From the NCBI RefSeq assembly GCF_000091665.1, contig NC_000909.1:996629-1028628 (forward strand): DNA of 32,000 nucleotides. The letters are read 5' to 3'. A program made the translations under genes and the position numbers. The notes beneath the pieces are model-generated. The model did no database searches and was not told the origin of the DNA. It saw only the letters and a program-made list of their open reading frames with translations. This stretch comes from Methanocaldococcus jannaschii DSM 2661 (GTDB taxonomy: Archaea; AGJL01; Methanococci; Methanococcales; Methanocaldococcaceae). Below, in pieces: positions 9,278 through 17,569 of the stretch (position 1 is the stretch's first letter; every line of letters begins with the position of its first letter).

Positions 9278-10287
9278 TCCCCTAATAAATCATCCCAGTA
9301 TATTATATCATCCTCTTCTTTATCGTTTTTGATTTTTCTGTTTAATATTATGCTCAAATACTTTGTTTCAATACCTCTCCCCGGTCTTTTAAATGAAATA
9401 TTATCAACACTTAAGTATTCTCCTTTTTTAATATTTCTTTTTGCTACAATACTTCTTCTTGCTTCAACAATAACGTCTCTTTCAGAAGGCATTGGTATCT
9501 TTTCCCCACTTCCAAGCATTTTTTCAACTAATCTTATGTTATTAACCATTTCCTTAAATTCTTCTGGGTCTGCTGACAAAGCATGATCAGGACCTTCCAT
9601 ATTTTTATCTAAGGTAAAGTGCTTCTCAATAACATCCGCTCCTAAGGCAACAGAAACTACTGGGGCGAGTATTCCCAATGTATGGTCAGAATATCCCACA
9701 GGGATATTGAATATACTTTTCAAGGTTTTAATAGCGTTTAAATTGACATCTTCATAAGGGGTTGGGTAAGATGAAATACAATGCAATAAAATAATATCCC
9801 TGCATCCATTATTTTCTAAAACTTTAACTGCTTCCCAAATTTCCCCAATATCAGACATTCCTGTAGATAAAATCACCGGCTTGCCTGTTTTTGCCACTTT
9901 TTCTAATAAGGGATAAAAGGTTAAATCACCAGAGGCAATTTTAAATGCAGGCACATTCATTTTATTTAATATATCAACATATTTTAAATCTAATGGTGTT
10001 GAGATAAACATAATTCCAATTTTTTCTGCATATTCTTTTAGTTCATAGAATTCCTCCTCTGACAGTTCTAAACTTTTAAATAGTTCATAATATTCTGATT
10101 TTTTGCTTATGAAATCCTCAGTATGGTAGGATTGGAATTTTATTGCATCAGCACCGCATTTTTTTGCCTCTTTTACTAACTCTTTACCTATATCGATATC
10201 CCCATTGTGATTTAATCCCCCCTCTGCAATAATAAATGTTGGCTCACCTTTACCAACATATCTATCTCCAATTTTTATCTTTTCCAT
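9274..10287 (-). CDS. pseI: NeuB/PseI-family nonulosonic acid synthase with C-terminal SAF domain
   Basis: Motifs [20 protein letters not shown] and a C-terminal SAF-like segment [28 protein letters not shown] start the gene at the ATG at 10287 ([11 protein letters not shown]) because it follows ...TGAGGATGATATT-ATG (SD-like GAGGATGA). The track's longer ORF to 10332 would overlap the upstream gene by 35 nt. Confidence 0.8.
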
Positions 10288-10297
10288 AATATCATCC

Positions 10298-11458
10298 TCA
10301 TCTGTTCTCAGAAACAATTTTTTTAACCGCATTAACTACATCAATTACATCATCATCAGTCATTTTTGGATATATTGGCAAGGAAATCTCTCTCTCATAA
10401 ACCCACTCTGCATTTGGAAAATCACCTTTTTTATATCCAAAAGTTTTCCTATAAAATGGATGCAAGTGTAATGGGATAAAATGAACACTTGTTCCAATAT
10501 TCTGTTTTTTTAACTCTTCAATAAATTTGGTTCTGTTTATCTTCAATCTATCGATATTTATTAACAACGGATATAAGTGCCATGCATGTTTAACATGTTT
10601 TTTTATGGTTGGAGTTATTAACCCCTCAAGATTTTCAAACTCTTCATTATAAATTTTAGCGATTTCTTCTCTTCTTTTTCTCATTATCTCTGCTTTTTTT
10701 AGTTGATGTATTCCGATTGATGCTTGAATGTCGGTCATGTTATATTTATAACCACACTCGATAATCTCATAGTACCATGAGCCCTCGGATGAGTATCTTT
10801 TCCAAGCGTCTCTACTTATCCCATGTAGTCGCAGTATTTTTATTTTTTCTGCAATCTCTTCATTGTCAGTAGTAACCATTCCCCCCTCCCCAGTGGTTAT
10901 ATTTTTTGTTGCATAAAAGCTGAATGATGTTGTATCTCCAATAGTACCTATTTTTTTTCCTTTATACTCTGCCCCCAATGCATGTGCAGCATCTTCAATT
11001 ACATATAAATCATAGTCTCTTGCTATTTTTAATATTTCATCCATTTCACATGGATGTCCTGCATAATGGACAGGAATTATTGCCTTTGTTCTCTCAGTTA
11101 TGGCATTTTCTATCTCCTCAACGTTAATATTATAGGTTTCTTTATCAATATCAACAAATACGGGCTTTGCCCTTTGATGAACTATAACGTTCCCAGTTGC
11201 TGCAAAGGTATATGGTGTAGTTATGACTTCATCTTTATCCTTTATATTTAATGCAACCAATGACAGATGTAACCCGGCTGTGCATGAATTTAAGGATATT
11301 GCAAATTTACTTCCAATATAATTTCTAAACAATTCTTCAAATTTTAATGTTTTTGGACCCATAGTTATCCAATCTGACTTTAATGTATCTATAACTTCAT
11401 TTATCTCTTCTTCACCAATACATGGCCTAAATGGTGGCAAAAAACTTTCTCTTATCAT
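10298..11458 (-). CDS. pseC: DegT/DnrJ/EryC1-family PLP-dependent sugar aminotransferase (PseC-like)
   Basis: 386 aa with the PLP-lysine region SFSFYATKNITTGEGGMV and DAAHALGA. An AAGGTGAG SD overlaps the flippase stop. Confidence 0.85.
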   Translation of the reverse strand: MIRESFLPPFRPCIGEEEINEVIDTLKSDWITMGPKTLKFEELFRNYIGSKFAISLNSCTAGLHLSLVALNIKDKDEVITTPYTFAATGNVIVHQRAKPVFVDIDKETYNINVEEIENAITERTKAIIPVHYAGHPCEMDEILKIARDYDLYVIEDAAHALGAEYKGKKIGTIGDTTSFSFYATKNITTGEGGMVTTDNEEIAEKIKILRLHGISRDAWKRYSSEGSWYYEIIECGYKYNMTDIQASIGIHQLKKAEIMRKRREEIAKIYNEEFENLEGLITPTIKKHVKHAWHLYPLLINIDRLKINRTKFIEELKKQNIGTSVHFIPLHLHPFYRKTFGYKKGDFPNAEWVYEREISLPIYPKMTDDDVIDVVNAVKKIVSENR

Positions 11459-11462
11459 TTAC

Positions 11463-12986
11463 TCACCTTTTTATAATCTTGGAGATAATATCCTTAACCT
11501 CATATATATTTATTATCTTAAGCCCAAAAATTCCTAATATATATATTCCAAAATAAACAACTCCACAAACAAATAGCTGTAATATAACATTATCAATCAA
11601 ATCCTTAATGAACATAACTGGAATTAAGCTAAAAATTCCTACTAAAATAACTAAAATCCATTTTTTATTTAGAAATTGGTGTTCTAAAAGTTTATTTAAA
11701 AACCATATTTGGAAAATCCACATTATAAAGTATCCAAATACAGTAGTTATGGCTGCCCCGATAATCCCAAACTTAGGAATTAACAAAATATTAAATATTA
11801 AGTTAAAACTTGCTCCAATATACAAAATTTTTGTTGATATGTTTGGTCTTCCAATGCCATTTAAAATATTGAACCCTATGGAATTAAATGTTAAAAACAT
11901 TGCCCCAAAACTTAAAATCTGTATAGCAGGGGCTGCGGATAAATACTTGGGATTAAATAAAATATTGATGATAACAGTTGGAAAATATGCCATCAAGATA
12001 GCCAATGGGGTTACAATAATCAGAGAATACAAAAAAACTTTCTCAACACCATAACTTAATGCCTTTTTATAACCCTTTTCCCATAACTCAGAACTCATAG
12101 GGAAGAGAACTGCTCCAACAGAAAAGGCAAAATAACTTAGAATATTAACAGTTGGCATAGCAACATTTCTATAATCGGCAACTGCATTTAAGCCAGTAAA
12201 ATAGGTTAAACAAATCCCATCTAAGTATCCCAATATCAAACTTCCCGCATAACCTATCATCACATACATCCCATAAGAAAACAAATTCCTAATTAATTTC
12301 CTTGAAAATATAACTTTTTCTTTAGCAAACTTTGGAAATATTTTTTTAACTACAATATATCCATAAATAATAATCATAACAACAGCCATCAAAAGGTAAG
12401 ATACGGAGGGAACATAAGCGTTATGAACATTAAAAAGATAAATAAAAATTAATGAAAAGATAAAAACGCTTAATATTCTAACGACTCTTGTTGAACTTGC
12501 ATAATTCTGAAGTTGAAAGCCTGTTAATATATTTGAAAAAAACGCTACGATACTATCTAAAAAATAATATCCCATTGCCATAATGATTAAAATATTAATA
12601 ACTAAATCCAATCTTCCGGTAAATTGCCCTTGATTGTTAATATAAAACTCTGCAATATATGGTGCAAAGATAACTACTAAAAATGCAACAATAAATGCTA
12701 AAATTGTTTGCAAAATTCCTACAAAAACGATTGATGATTTCAACATATCTAATCTATTCTCTGCTAAATATTTTGGAATATACCTTATAAGTGCCTGATC
12801 TAAACCAAAAGCCCTAAAAACTACTAACATACTAAAAAAATCTAAAACAGCATAAAATAGTCCAACATCTAACTTAGGAATTTCATTTGCATATAAAACT
12901 CTAACTAAATATGCTATTGGAGCAGCTAAGAAATATGAAAGAAGATGCCAACTTACGCCTTTAACTGCCTTTTCTTTATAACTCAA
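11463..12986 (-). CDS. MOP-superfamily polysaccharide flippase (Wzx-like)
   Basis: 507 aa, hydrophobic throughout with at least 12 predicted TM helices. TTG start preceded by GGTGG plus 6 nt. It sits in the glycan operon. Confidence 0.8.
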   Translation of the reverse strand: MSYKEKAVKGVSWHLLSYFLAAPIAYLVRVLYANEIPKLDVGLFYAVLDFFSMLVVFRAFGLDQALIRYIPKYLAENRLDMLKSSIVFVGILQTILAFIVAFLVVIFAPYIAEFYINNQGQFTGRLDLVINILIIMAMGYYFLDSIVAFFSNILTGFQLQNYASSTRVVRILSVFIFSLIFIYLFNVHNAYVPSVSYLLMAVVMIIIYGYIVVKKIFPKFAKEKVIFSRKLIRNLFSYGMYVMIGYAGSLILGYLDGICLTYFTGLNAVADYRNVAMPTVNILSYFAFSVGAVLFPMSSELWEKGYKKALSYGVEKVFLYSLIIVTPLAILMAYFPTVIINILFNPKYLSAAPAIQILSFGAMFLTFNSIGFNILNGIGRPNISTKILYIGASFNLIFNILLIPKFGIIGAAITTVFGYFIMWIFQIWFLNKLLEHQFLNKKWILVILVGIFSLIPVMFIKDLIDNVILQLFVCGVVYFGIYILGIFGLKIINIYEVKDIISKIIKR

Positions 12987-12996
12987 CTAATACCAC

Positions 12997-14175
12997 CTAA
13001 TTAACTAATCTCTCAAAAATCTTTTTATATTCCTTAACTGACTTCTTCCAGTTAAAATTCTCTTTTATAAAATTTTTTGCATTTTCACCATAAATTTTCC
13101 TTAAATTGTTGTTTTCTATTAATTTAATAATTCCTCTTTTAATCTCTTCTGGAGAATTGTCTTTCAATAAAATGCCATTATATCCATCTATAACTACTTC
13201 GTCAGCCCCCTCATAGGGACTTGCAACTATCGCTTTGCCGCAACACATCGCTTGCAGTAAAGAGCTTGATAAGCCCCCTCCTTTGTATGAAGAGTGAATA
13301 TAAATATCAGATGCCTTCACAATTGCAATTGCTTTCTCAAAATCAACTTTTCCAGTGAAATAAATGCCATTATTTAAATAATTACCAGCCAATTTTTTTA
13401 ACCTCTCTAAATCCTCTCCATATCCAACAACAATTAAAATTATTTTTTCTTTTAAATCTTTTGGCAAATCAACATAAGCTTTTATAATATTTTCAACCCC
13501 TTTCCACTTATATAACCTCCCAACAAAACATAGTTTTATTTTATTTTTAAATTTTTCCTTGATTTTTTTATCTTCTCCAATACTCTCAATTTTTTCAATT
13601 TCTAAACCCCTATAGATTATTGGAATATCTTTGTCATTAACAAAATTCTCTAATATGAAGTTTTTAACTGCCTTAGATATTGCTACAACATAATCTGCCT
13701 TTTTAAATATTAATTTTCCAATGGTTTTATCATAGAAATAAGATAACTTATTTTTAAATTCACTCTCCAACTTAACAAATGCACTACCATGCTCGACATG
13801 AATTAACTTCTTCTTTTTAAATCTCAATTTTGCGAAAATAAATCCTAATAAAGTATTTGAAAAAAACCTTGTCCTTGTCATTACAATATCAAAATCAATT
13901 TTATATAAATTAAAAAACATTCTCCAAAATTTTATATTGAAAATATTTGGAACTGGATAATTTGGAATAATTTCAAATGCTGGATATCTATAAACTTTGA
14001 CATTGTTATGTCTTATTTCAAATTCCTTATACTTTGGAATGTTTGGTGCAAATATATAAATATCGTAATTTTCATCTTCTGAAAGATGTTTAGTAAATTC
14101 ATCTACATGAGTTTCTAATCCACCAATATGTGGAATATAATATCCTGGAAAGATAATTAATTTTATTTTTCTCAT
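12997..14175 (-). CDS. GT-B glycosyltransferase, family 4 type
   Basis: 392 aa with motifs FVGRLYKWKG and HSSYKGGGLSSSLLQAMCCGKAIVAS. It is the first gene of the minus-strand glycan operon. Confidence 0.8.
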   Translation of the reverse strand: MRKIKLIIFPGYYIPHIGGLETHVDEFTKHLSEDENYDIYIFAPNIPKYKEFEIRHNNVKVYRYPAFEIIPNYPVPNIFNIKFWRMFFNLYKIDFDIVMTRTRFFSNTLLGFIFAKLRFKKKKLIHVEHGSAFVKLESEFKNKLSYFYDKTIGKLIFKKADYVVAISKAVKNFILENFVNDKDIPIIYRGLEIEKIESIGEDKKIKEKFKNKIKLCFVGRLYKWKGVENIIKAYVDLPKDLKEKIILIVVGYGEDLERLKKLAGNYLNNGIYFTGKVDFEKAIAIVKASDIYIHSSYKGGGLSSSLLQAMCCGKAIVASPYEGADEVVIDGYNGILLKDNSPEEIKRGIIKLIENNNLRKIYGENAKNFIKENFNWKKSVKEYKKIFERLVN

Positions 14176-14228
14176 AATACAACCCTTAAGGTTTGTAGGT
14201 TATGTATCCTTATGTTATTTTTCATAAC

Positions 14229-14237
14229 TTTATAAAA
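14229..14237 (-). promoter_or_regulatory. Candidate TATA box for the minus-strand glycan operon
   Basis: The minus strand reads gaaTTTTATAAAg about 54 nt upstream of the ATG at 14175. It lies in the only sizeable (120 nt) gap in this gene string. No TSS data are available. Confidence 0.3.
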
Positions 14238-14295
14238 TTCACAATATTTCATGCATCAACTTTTTCTTTAACATTATTTTAAATTTTCTTAATTT

Positions 14296-14769
14296 TTAGC
14301 ACTTCTTATAAATCAAAAAACAAATAATCAACAAAGCATAAATCATTAATTTAAAATCTATTGGAGTTTTAGCCGGCTCATTTATATAAATATCTTTTAG
14401 GACATAATATGGGTGATAATTTTCATTTCCAATTAAATTCATCCCTTCAACTTTTAAAACATTTTCTCCATCTTTTAAATAATTTGTTATATCTATAGAG
14501 GCATTTTTCTTATATGCAGGAGAGGCATCATTGGAATCATCAATTGTATATGCTAAATTTCCATTTAAATAAATATTTACCTTCATACTTTTGTTTATAT
14601 TGCCATAATGAACAAAACTGAGTTTATAGGAATAGTTTTCAGCTTTATTAATTTTAAATGTTATTGTTTTAATAGGATTGCTCTCACTAACTTTTATATA
14701 ATCAAAATAATAACCAAAACTACTACTTAAAAATAAGAGGAGCACCAATATTATCAAATATTTTCTCAT
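14296..14769 (-). CDS. Small exported protein with an N-terminal signal/anchor and a C-terminal TM helix; possible jelly-roll (galactose-binding-like) domain
   Basis: N-terminus MRKYLIILVLLLFLSSSFG, C-terminus LMIYALLIICFLIYKKC. The central segment IDITNYLKDGENVLKVEGMN resembles the 'DIT..l..G.N.l.V' strand pattern of sugar-binding jelly-roll domains. The ATG overlaps the upstream stop (ATGA). Confidence 0.6.
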   Translation of the reverse strand: MRKYLIILVLLLFLSSSFGYYFDYIKVSESNPIKTITFKINKAENYSYKLSFVHYGNINKSMKVNIYLNGNLAYTIDDSNDASPAYKKNASIDITNYLKDGENVLKVEGMNLIGNENYHPYYVLKDIYINEPAKTPIDFKLMIYALLIICFLIYKKC

Positions 14770-15707
14770 AATACTCCCCTTTCAATAATTTCCCAAAACT
14801 TATCTTTTTCCCAATTACCGAAATATACATACTTCCCTCTTAGATTTAAATAATTTAAAGATAATCCATCTTTTAAATAAATAAGTTTAGGAACTTTTGC
14901 ATAAACAGAAATATCTCCTTTATCAACAAATATAAAAAATGGCTTTAAGAAATCAACTTTTTCAGATGAATAAGCGATATTAACCAATGTTGGATAATAT
15001 TTTAATTCAATCCCCTCCCCAAACAAACCTAAAATCTTATCCCATACTGATTGTTTAACGTATATATATTGACATTCAAAATTTTTGTTATTAAACTTTA
15101 AGTTAAAGTAATTTATCTCATAGTTCTCTAATTTTTTATTAAATAGAGTTATTTTCTTTGCCAATTTCTTCTTATACTTTTTAACATCCTTCTCATCAGG
15201 TAATTCCATGTTAATAATTAATTTTTTAACTTTCTTTTTCTTACCAATCTTATAAAGTCCATTTAAAGCAGAAACATACTCTTTTAAACAAACTCCTCTA
15301 AAATAATATTCCTTCCCAAAAATTAATTGGGGAATATAACTTATGTATTCTTTAGGGACAAAGTTTATACATCTTTTTAGAAATTCATTGCCTAATTTTA
15401 TCTTCTCTTTATATGTTAAAGAATTCAATGTAATTCTTGGAGATAGCCCAATACTCTTTAAAAATAAAATACTCTCTTTCTCCCCCCTAAATACGGGAAT
15501 TTCATTGAAAAATAATAAACTTTTAAATAATGGGTAGTTCTTTCCATAAAATGACAAATCATCTTTCTTAATAATCCCAAATTTATTTAAATTTAAATTT
15601 TCAAGTTTCTTAAATTCATTCAAATAAGTTAATTTTAAGATATAAGCAAAATCTTTGGCATCCTCATAGTTCAATATAATCTCATCACAAATTTCATCAA
15701 ATGCCAT
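14766..15707 (-). CDS. Uncharacterised 313-aa soluble protein
   Basis: Long open frame with a GTGA SD-like element upstream, overlapping the downstream 157-aa gene (ATGA). I recognise no motif. Confidence 0.6.
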   Translation of the reverse strand: MAFDEICDEIILNYEDAKDFAYILKLTYLNEFKKLENLNLNKFGIIKKDDLSFYGKNYPLFKSLLFFNEIPVFRGEKESILFLKSIGLSPRITLNSLTYKEKIKLGNEFLKRCINFVPKEYISYIPQLIFGKEYYFRGVCLKEYVSALNGLYKIGKKKKVKKLIINMELPDEKDVKKYKKKLAKKITLFNKKLENYEINYFNLKFNNKNFECQYIYVKQSVWDKILGLFGEGIELKYYPTLVNIAYSSEKVDFLKPFFIFVDKGDISVYAKVPKLIYLKDGLSLNYLNLRGKYVYFGNWEKDKFWEIIERGVL

Positions 15708-15720
15708 AAAACTTCACTTA

Positions 15721-16070
15721 TTTAATATTTATTTAACTCCAAATAGTAGTTTTATTAGTTCTATAGCGTTTGGATTTGTTAATATATAGAGTAGTATCAA
15801 AATCACAAATCCAACTGTCATTTTTTTGTCTAATTGATTGAATCTATTATCAACATACCTTAATATTCGTTCTTCTGCAAGCATTATATCTTCTTTTGTA
15901 GCCAGTTCATTCTTTAGCTCGTCTTTTAACTCATGCTTAACAATAATTTTTTCTTCTTTAATAACTTCTACAACTGCATTATACAGTTCTTCCGCTCTTT
16001 TTTCATCCTTAATATATTTAGCTATAATTTCATATAACTTAGCATAGGCAATAGCCATAATTCCACCAAA
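15721..16070 (-). repeat. Copy A of a ~340-350 nt dispersed direct repeat (paralogue gene plus its SD and 3' flank)
   Basis: By hand alignment it matches 17161-17520 at roughly 75-80% nt identity, including non-coding flanks (ttatttaa after the stop, ccataattYcaccaaa before the start). Confidence 0.7.
15729..16058 (-). CDS. Tail-anchored coiled-coil protein, paralogue A (recalled as the M. jannaschii MJ0023/MJ0349/MJ1072/MJ1074/MJ1107 family)
   Basis: About 60-70% identical to the ORF at 17167-17505. The start is placed at MAIAYAKLYEII (ATG at 16058), preceded by GGTGGAATT, matching the paralogue. The track's extra MIYFGGI lies upstream of that SD. It has a charged helical N-terminus, one C-terminal TM helix and a conserved tail TNPNAIELIKLLFG. 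Confidence 0.75.
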   Translation of the reverse strand: MAIAYAKLYEIIAKYIKDEKRAEELYNAVVEVIKEEKIIVKHELKDELKNELATKEDIMLAEERILRYVDNRFNQLDKKMTVGFVILILLYILTNPNAIELIKLLFGVK

Positions 16071-16079
16071 ATATATCAT

Positions 16080-16229
16080 CTAATCAGCTTTAATTACTAA
16101 CTTTCCATCTTTAATCTCCAATGACCCTTCTTCTATTAACTCAACTATTATTTTGGAGTATTTTTTAGCTTTTTCTTTATCTTTAACTTATTCAAGCATT
16201 AATTTATATAATTCATTATAGATACTCAT
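16080..16229 (-). pseudogene. 50-codon ORF interrupted by an in-frame TAA; probable relic related to the N-terminal helix of the flanking paralogue family
   Basis: The minus strand reads GGTGAAATC-ATG then MSIYNELYKLMLE-TAA-VKDKEKAKKYSKIIVELIEEGSLEIKDGKLVIKAD-TAG. The internal stop is at 16188-16190. Confidence 0.45.
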
Positions 16230-16245
16230 GATTTCACCAAAACCG

Positions 16246-17058
16246 TTATTTAGTTATATACTCAAAGATTTTATCAACATCAATCTTCTCATCCTCTTTG
16301 TCAATCTTATACTTTTTAAAGTATCTTATTACGTTCCAAATGTCCCTCTTTAAGTAAAATTCAGCATCTGGATGGTATTTAGGAACTGCCTGAGGCCAGT
16401 CAATAATAACAAAATCCCCATTTTCATCTAATAAAATATTAAATTCACTCAAATCTCCATGTATATAGCCAATTTCATAAGCCTTTTTAACCTCTTCAAT
16501 AATTTTCCAGAATAAATCTTTAATCTCCTCTTTACTCATAAATTCTGATAAATCTAATCTCTTTAACTCTTCTCCAACAACTTTACCCATAATAATTGCA
16601 TGTCTATTCCATTCTATTGGTTCAGGGACTTTAACTATTGGAAATAACTCATTTAAAATCTCAAACTCTCTCTCAGCTGTTAATCTTGAAACATAGAGCC
16701 AACTTATATGATGTTTATCAGCCAAATATCCTCTATACCTCTTTCCTCTTGTAAAGCAAGTTCTTCCATGTTTATGAAATTTTAAAACCGCCTCTCTCCC
16801 ATCACTCAGCAAGACAGTATAAACATCCCCCTCCTTACCAACTCCCAACTTATTACCTATGGCTTTTAAGATACCTTTTTTAACAAAAGCATTTATTGCA
16901 AGGGCATCATAGCCTCCCATTGAGACAGCATAACCATAAGTGCTCCTCACAACAAATCCAAATTTGTTCAACCTCTTTAATCTGTAAAGCACGTCCTTTT
17001 CTGGCATCTTCGCCTTTCTAACAATCTCATCTAACGGCACCCACTCATGATGTCTCAT
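16246..17058 (-). CDS. rio2: RIO-type serine protein kinase Rio2 (wHTH plus RIO domain); the true N-terminus is probably upstream, see finding
   Basis: Motifs GVGKEGDVYTV, VLKFHK, IHGDLSEFNILL and IIDWPQ, with an N-terminal winged-helix segment. Coordinates are given from the first ATG. The frame stays open to 17166. Confidence 0.85.
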   Translation of the reverse strand: MRHHEWVPLDEIVRKAKMPEKDVLYRLKRLNKFGFVVRSTYGYAVSMGGYDALAINAFVKKGILKAIGNKLGVGKEGDVYTVLLSDGREAVLKFHKHGRTCFTRGKRYRGYLADKHHISWLYVSRLTAEREFEILNELFPIVKVPEPIEWNRHAIIMGKVVGEELKRLDLSEFMSKEEIKDLFWKIIEEVKKAYEIGYIHGDLSEFNILLDENGDFVIIDWPQAVPKYHPDAEFYLKRDIWNVIRYFKKYKIDKEDEKIDVDKIFEYITK

Positions 17059-17160
17059 TGACAGCTCTATAATTTTTAATATTTTAAAATCTTCATCCTG
17101 TGCCTGTCTTAATGCTTCAATTAGTTTTTTAATTATGATTATCCCCTCCTTATTGGATTT

Positions 17161-17520
17161 TTTAATTTATTTAAAACCAAATAATAGTTTTATTAATTCT
17201 ATTGCGTTAGGATTCGTTATGATTATAGCAAATAAGATTATCAACTGAACAATTAAAAGTTGATTGAATCTGTTATCAACATATCTTAATATTCTCTCTT
17301 CCATTGCCTTCATTTCTTCTCTAACTAAATCAATATCTTTCTTAGTCGCTAATTCATCTTTCAACTCATCCTTTAACTCATTTTTAACAATAACTTTGGA
17401 TTCTTTAATAATCTCTATTATAGCATTATATAACTCATCTGCCTCTCTTTCATCCTTAATCTTTTTATGAATTAATTCATACAACTTAGCATAAGCAATT
17501 GCCATAATTTCACCAAATCT
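17161..17520 (-). repeat. Copy B of the same direct repeat
   Basis: See copy A. It has the same orientation, and the two copies bracket rio2. Confidence 0.7.
17167..17505 (-). CDS. Tail-anchored coiled-coil protein, paralogue B of the same family
   Basis: MAIAYAKLYELIHKKIKDEREADELYNAIIEIIKE...ELATKKDI...ERILRYVDNRFNQL...TNPNAIELIKLLFGFK. A GGTGAAATT SD lies upstream. Confidence 0.75.
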   Translation of the reverse strand: MAIAYAKLYELIHKKIKDEREADELYNAIIEIIKESKVIVKNELKDELKDELATKKDIDLVREEMKAMEERILRYVDNRFNQLLIVQLIILFAIIITNPNAIELIKLLFGFK

Positions 17521-17569
17521 TTAAATCATATTATTTAATTTTTTTGCTATAAAACCATTTCTAAACTTA

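Noticed and set aside
10288-10332. Longer start for the NeuB/PseI-like gene (MRLKKLFLRTDEDDI...)
   Set aside because: It would overlap the pseC-like gene by 35 nt. The internal ATG at 10287 has a GAGGATGA SD and begins the conserved MEKIKIG... N-terminus.
11608-12054. 148-aa plus-strand ORF, with many similar 60-100-aa ORFs elsewhere (e.g. 5895-6104, 6141-6413, 6501-6788, 8426-8822, 18345-18656, 25691-25990)
   Set aside because: All lie antisense to long, motif-bearing genes and have low-complexity S/L/F/I-rich translations typical of the reverse frame of K/E/N-rich AT-rich genes. None has an SD.
16188-16190. In-frame TAA in the small ORF as programmed recoding
   Set aside because: Known methanogen recoding uses UGA (Sec) or UAG (Pyl), not UAA. 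I see no downstream recoding structure, so a nonsense mutation or relic is more parsimonious.
17167-17169. Stop-codon read-through fusing paralogue B to Rio2 (same frame, open between them)
   Set aside because: The frame identity is real, but UAA read-through is unlikely. A strong SD inside the linker points to independent (re)initiation, which I kept only as an alternative within the Rio2 start-codon finding.
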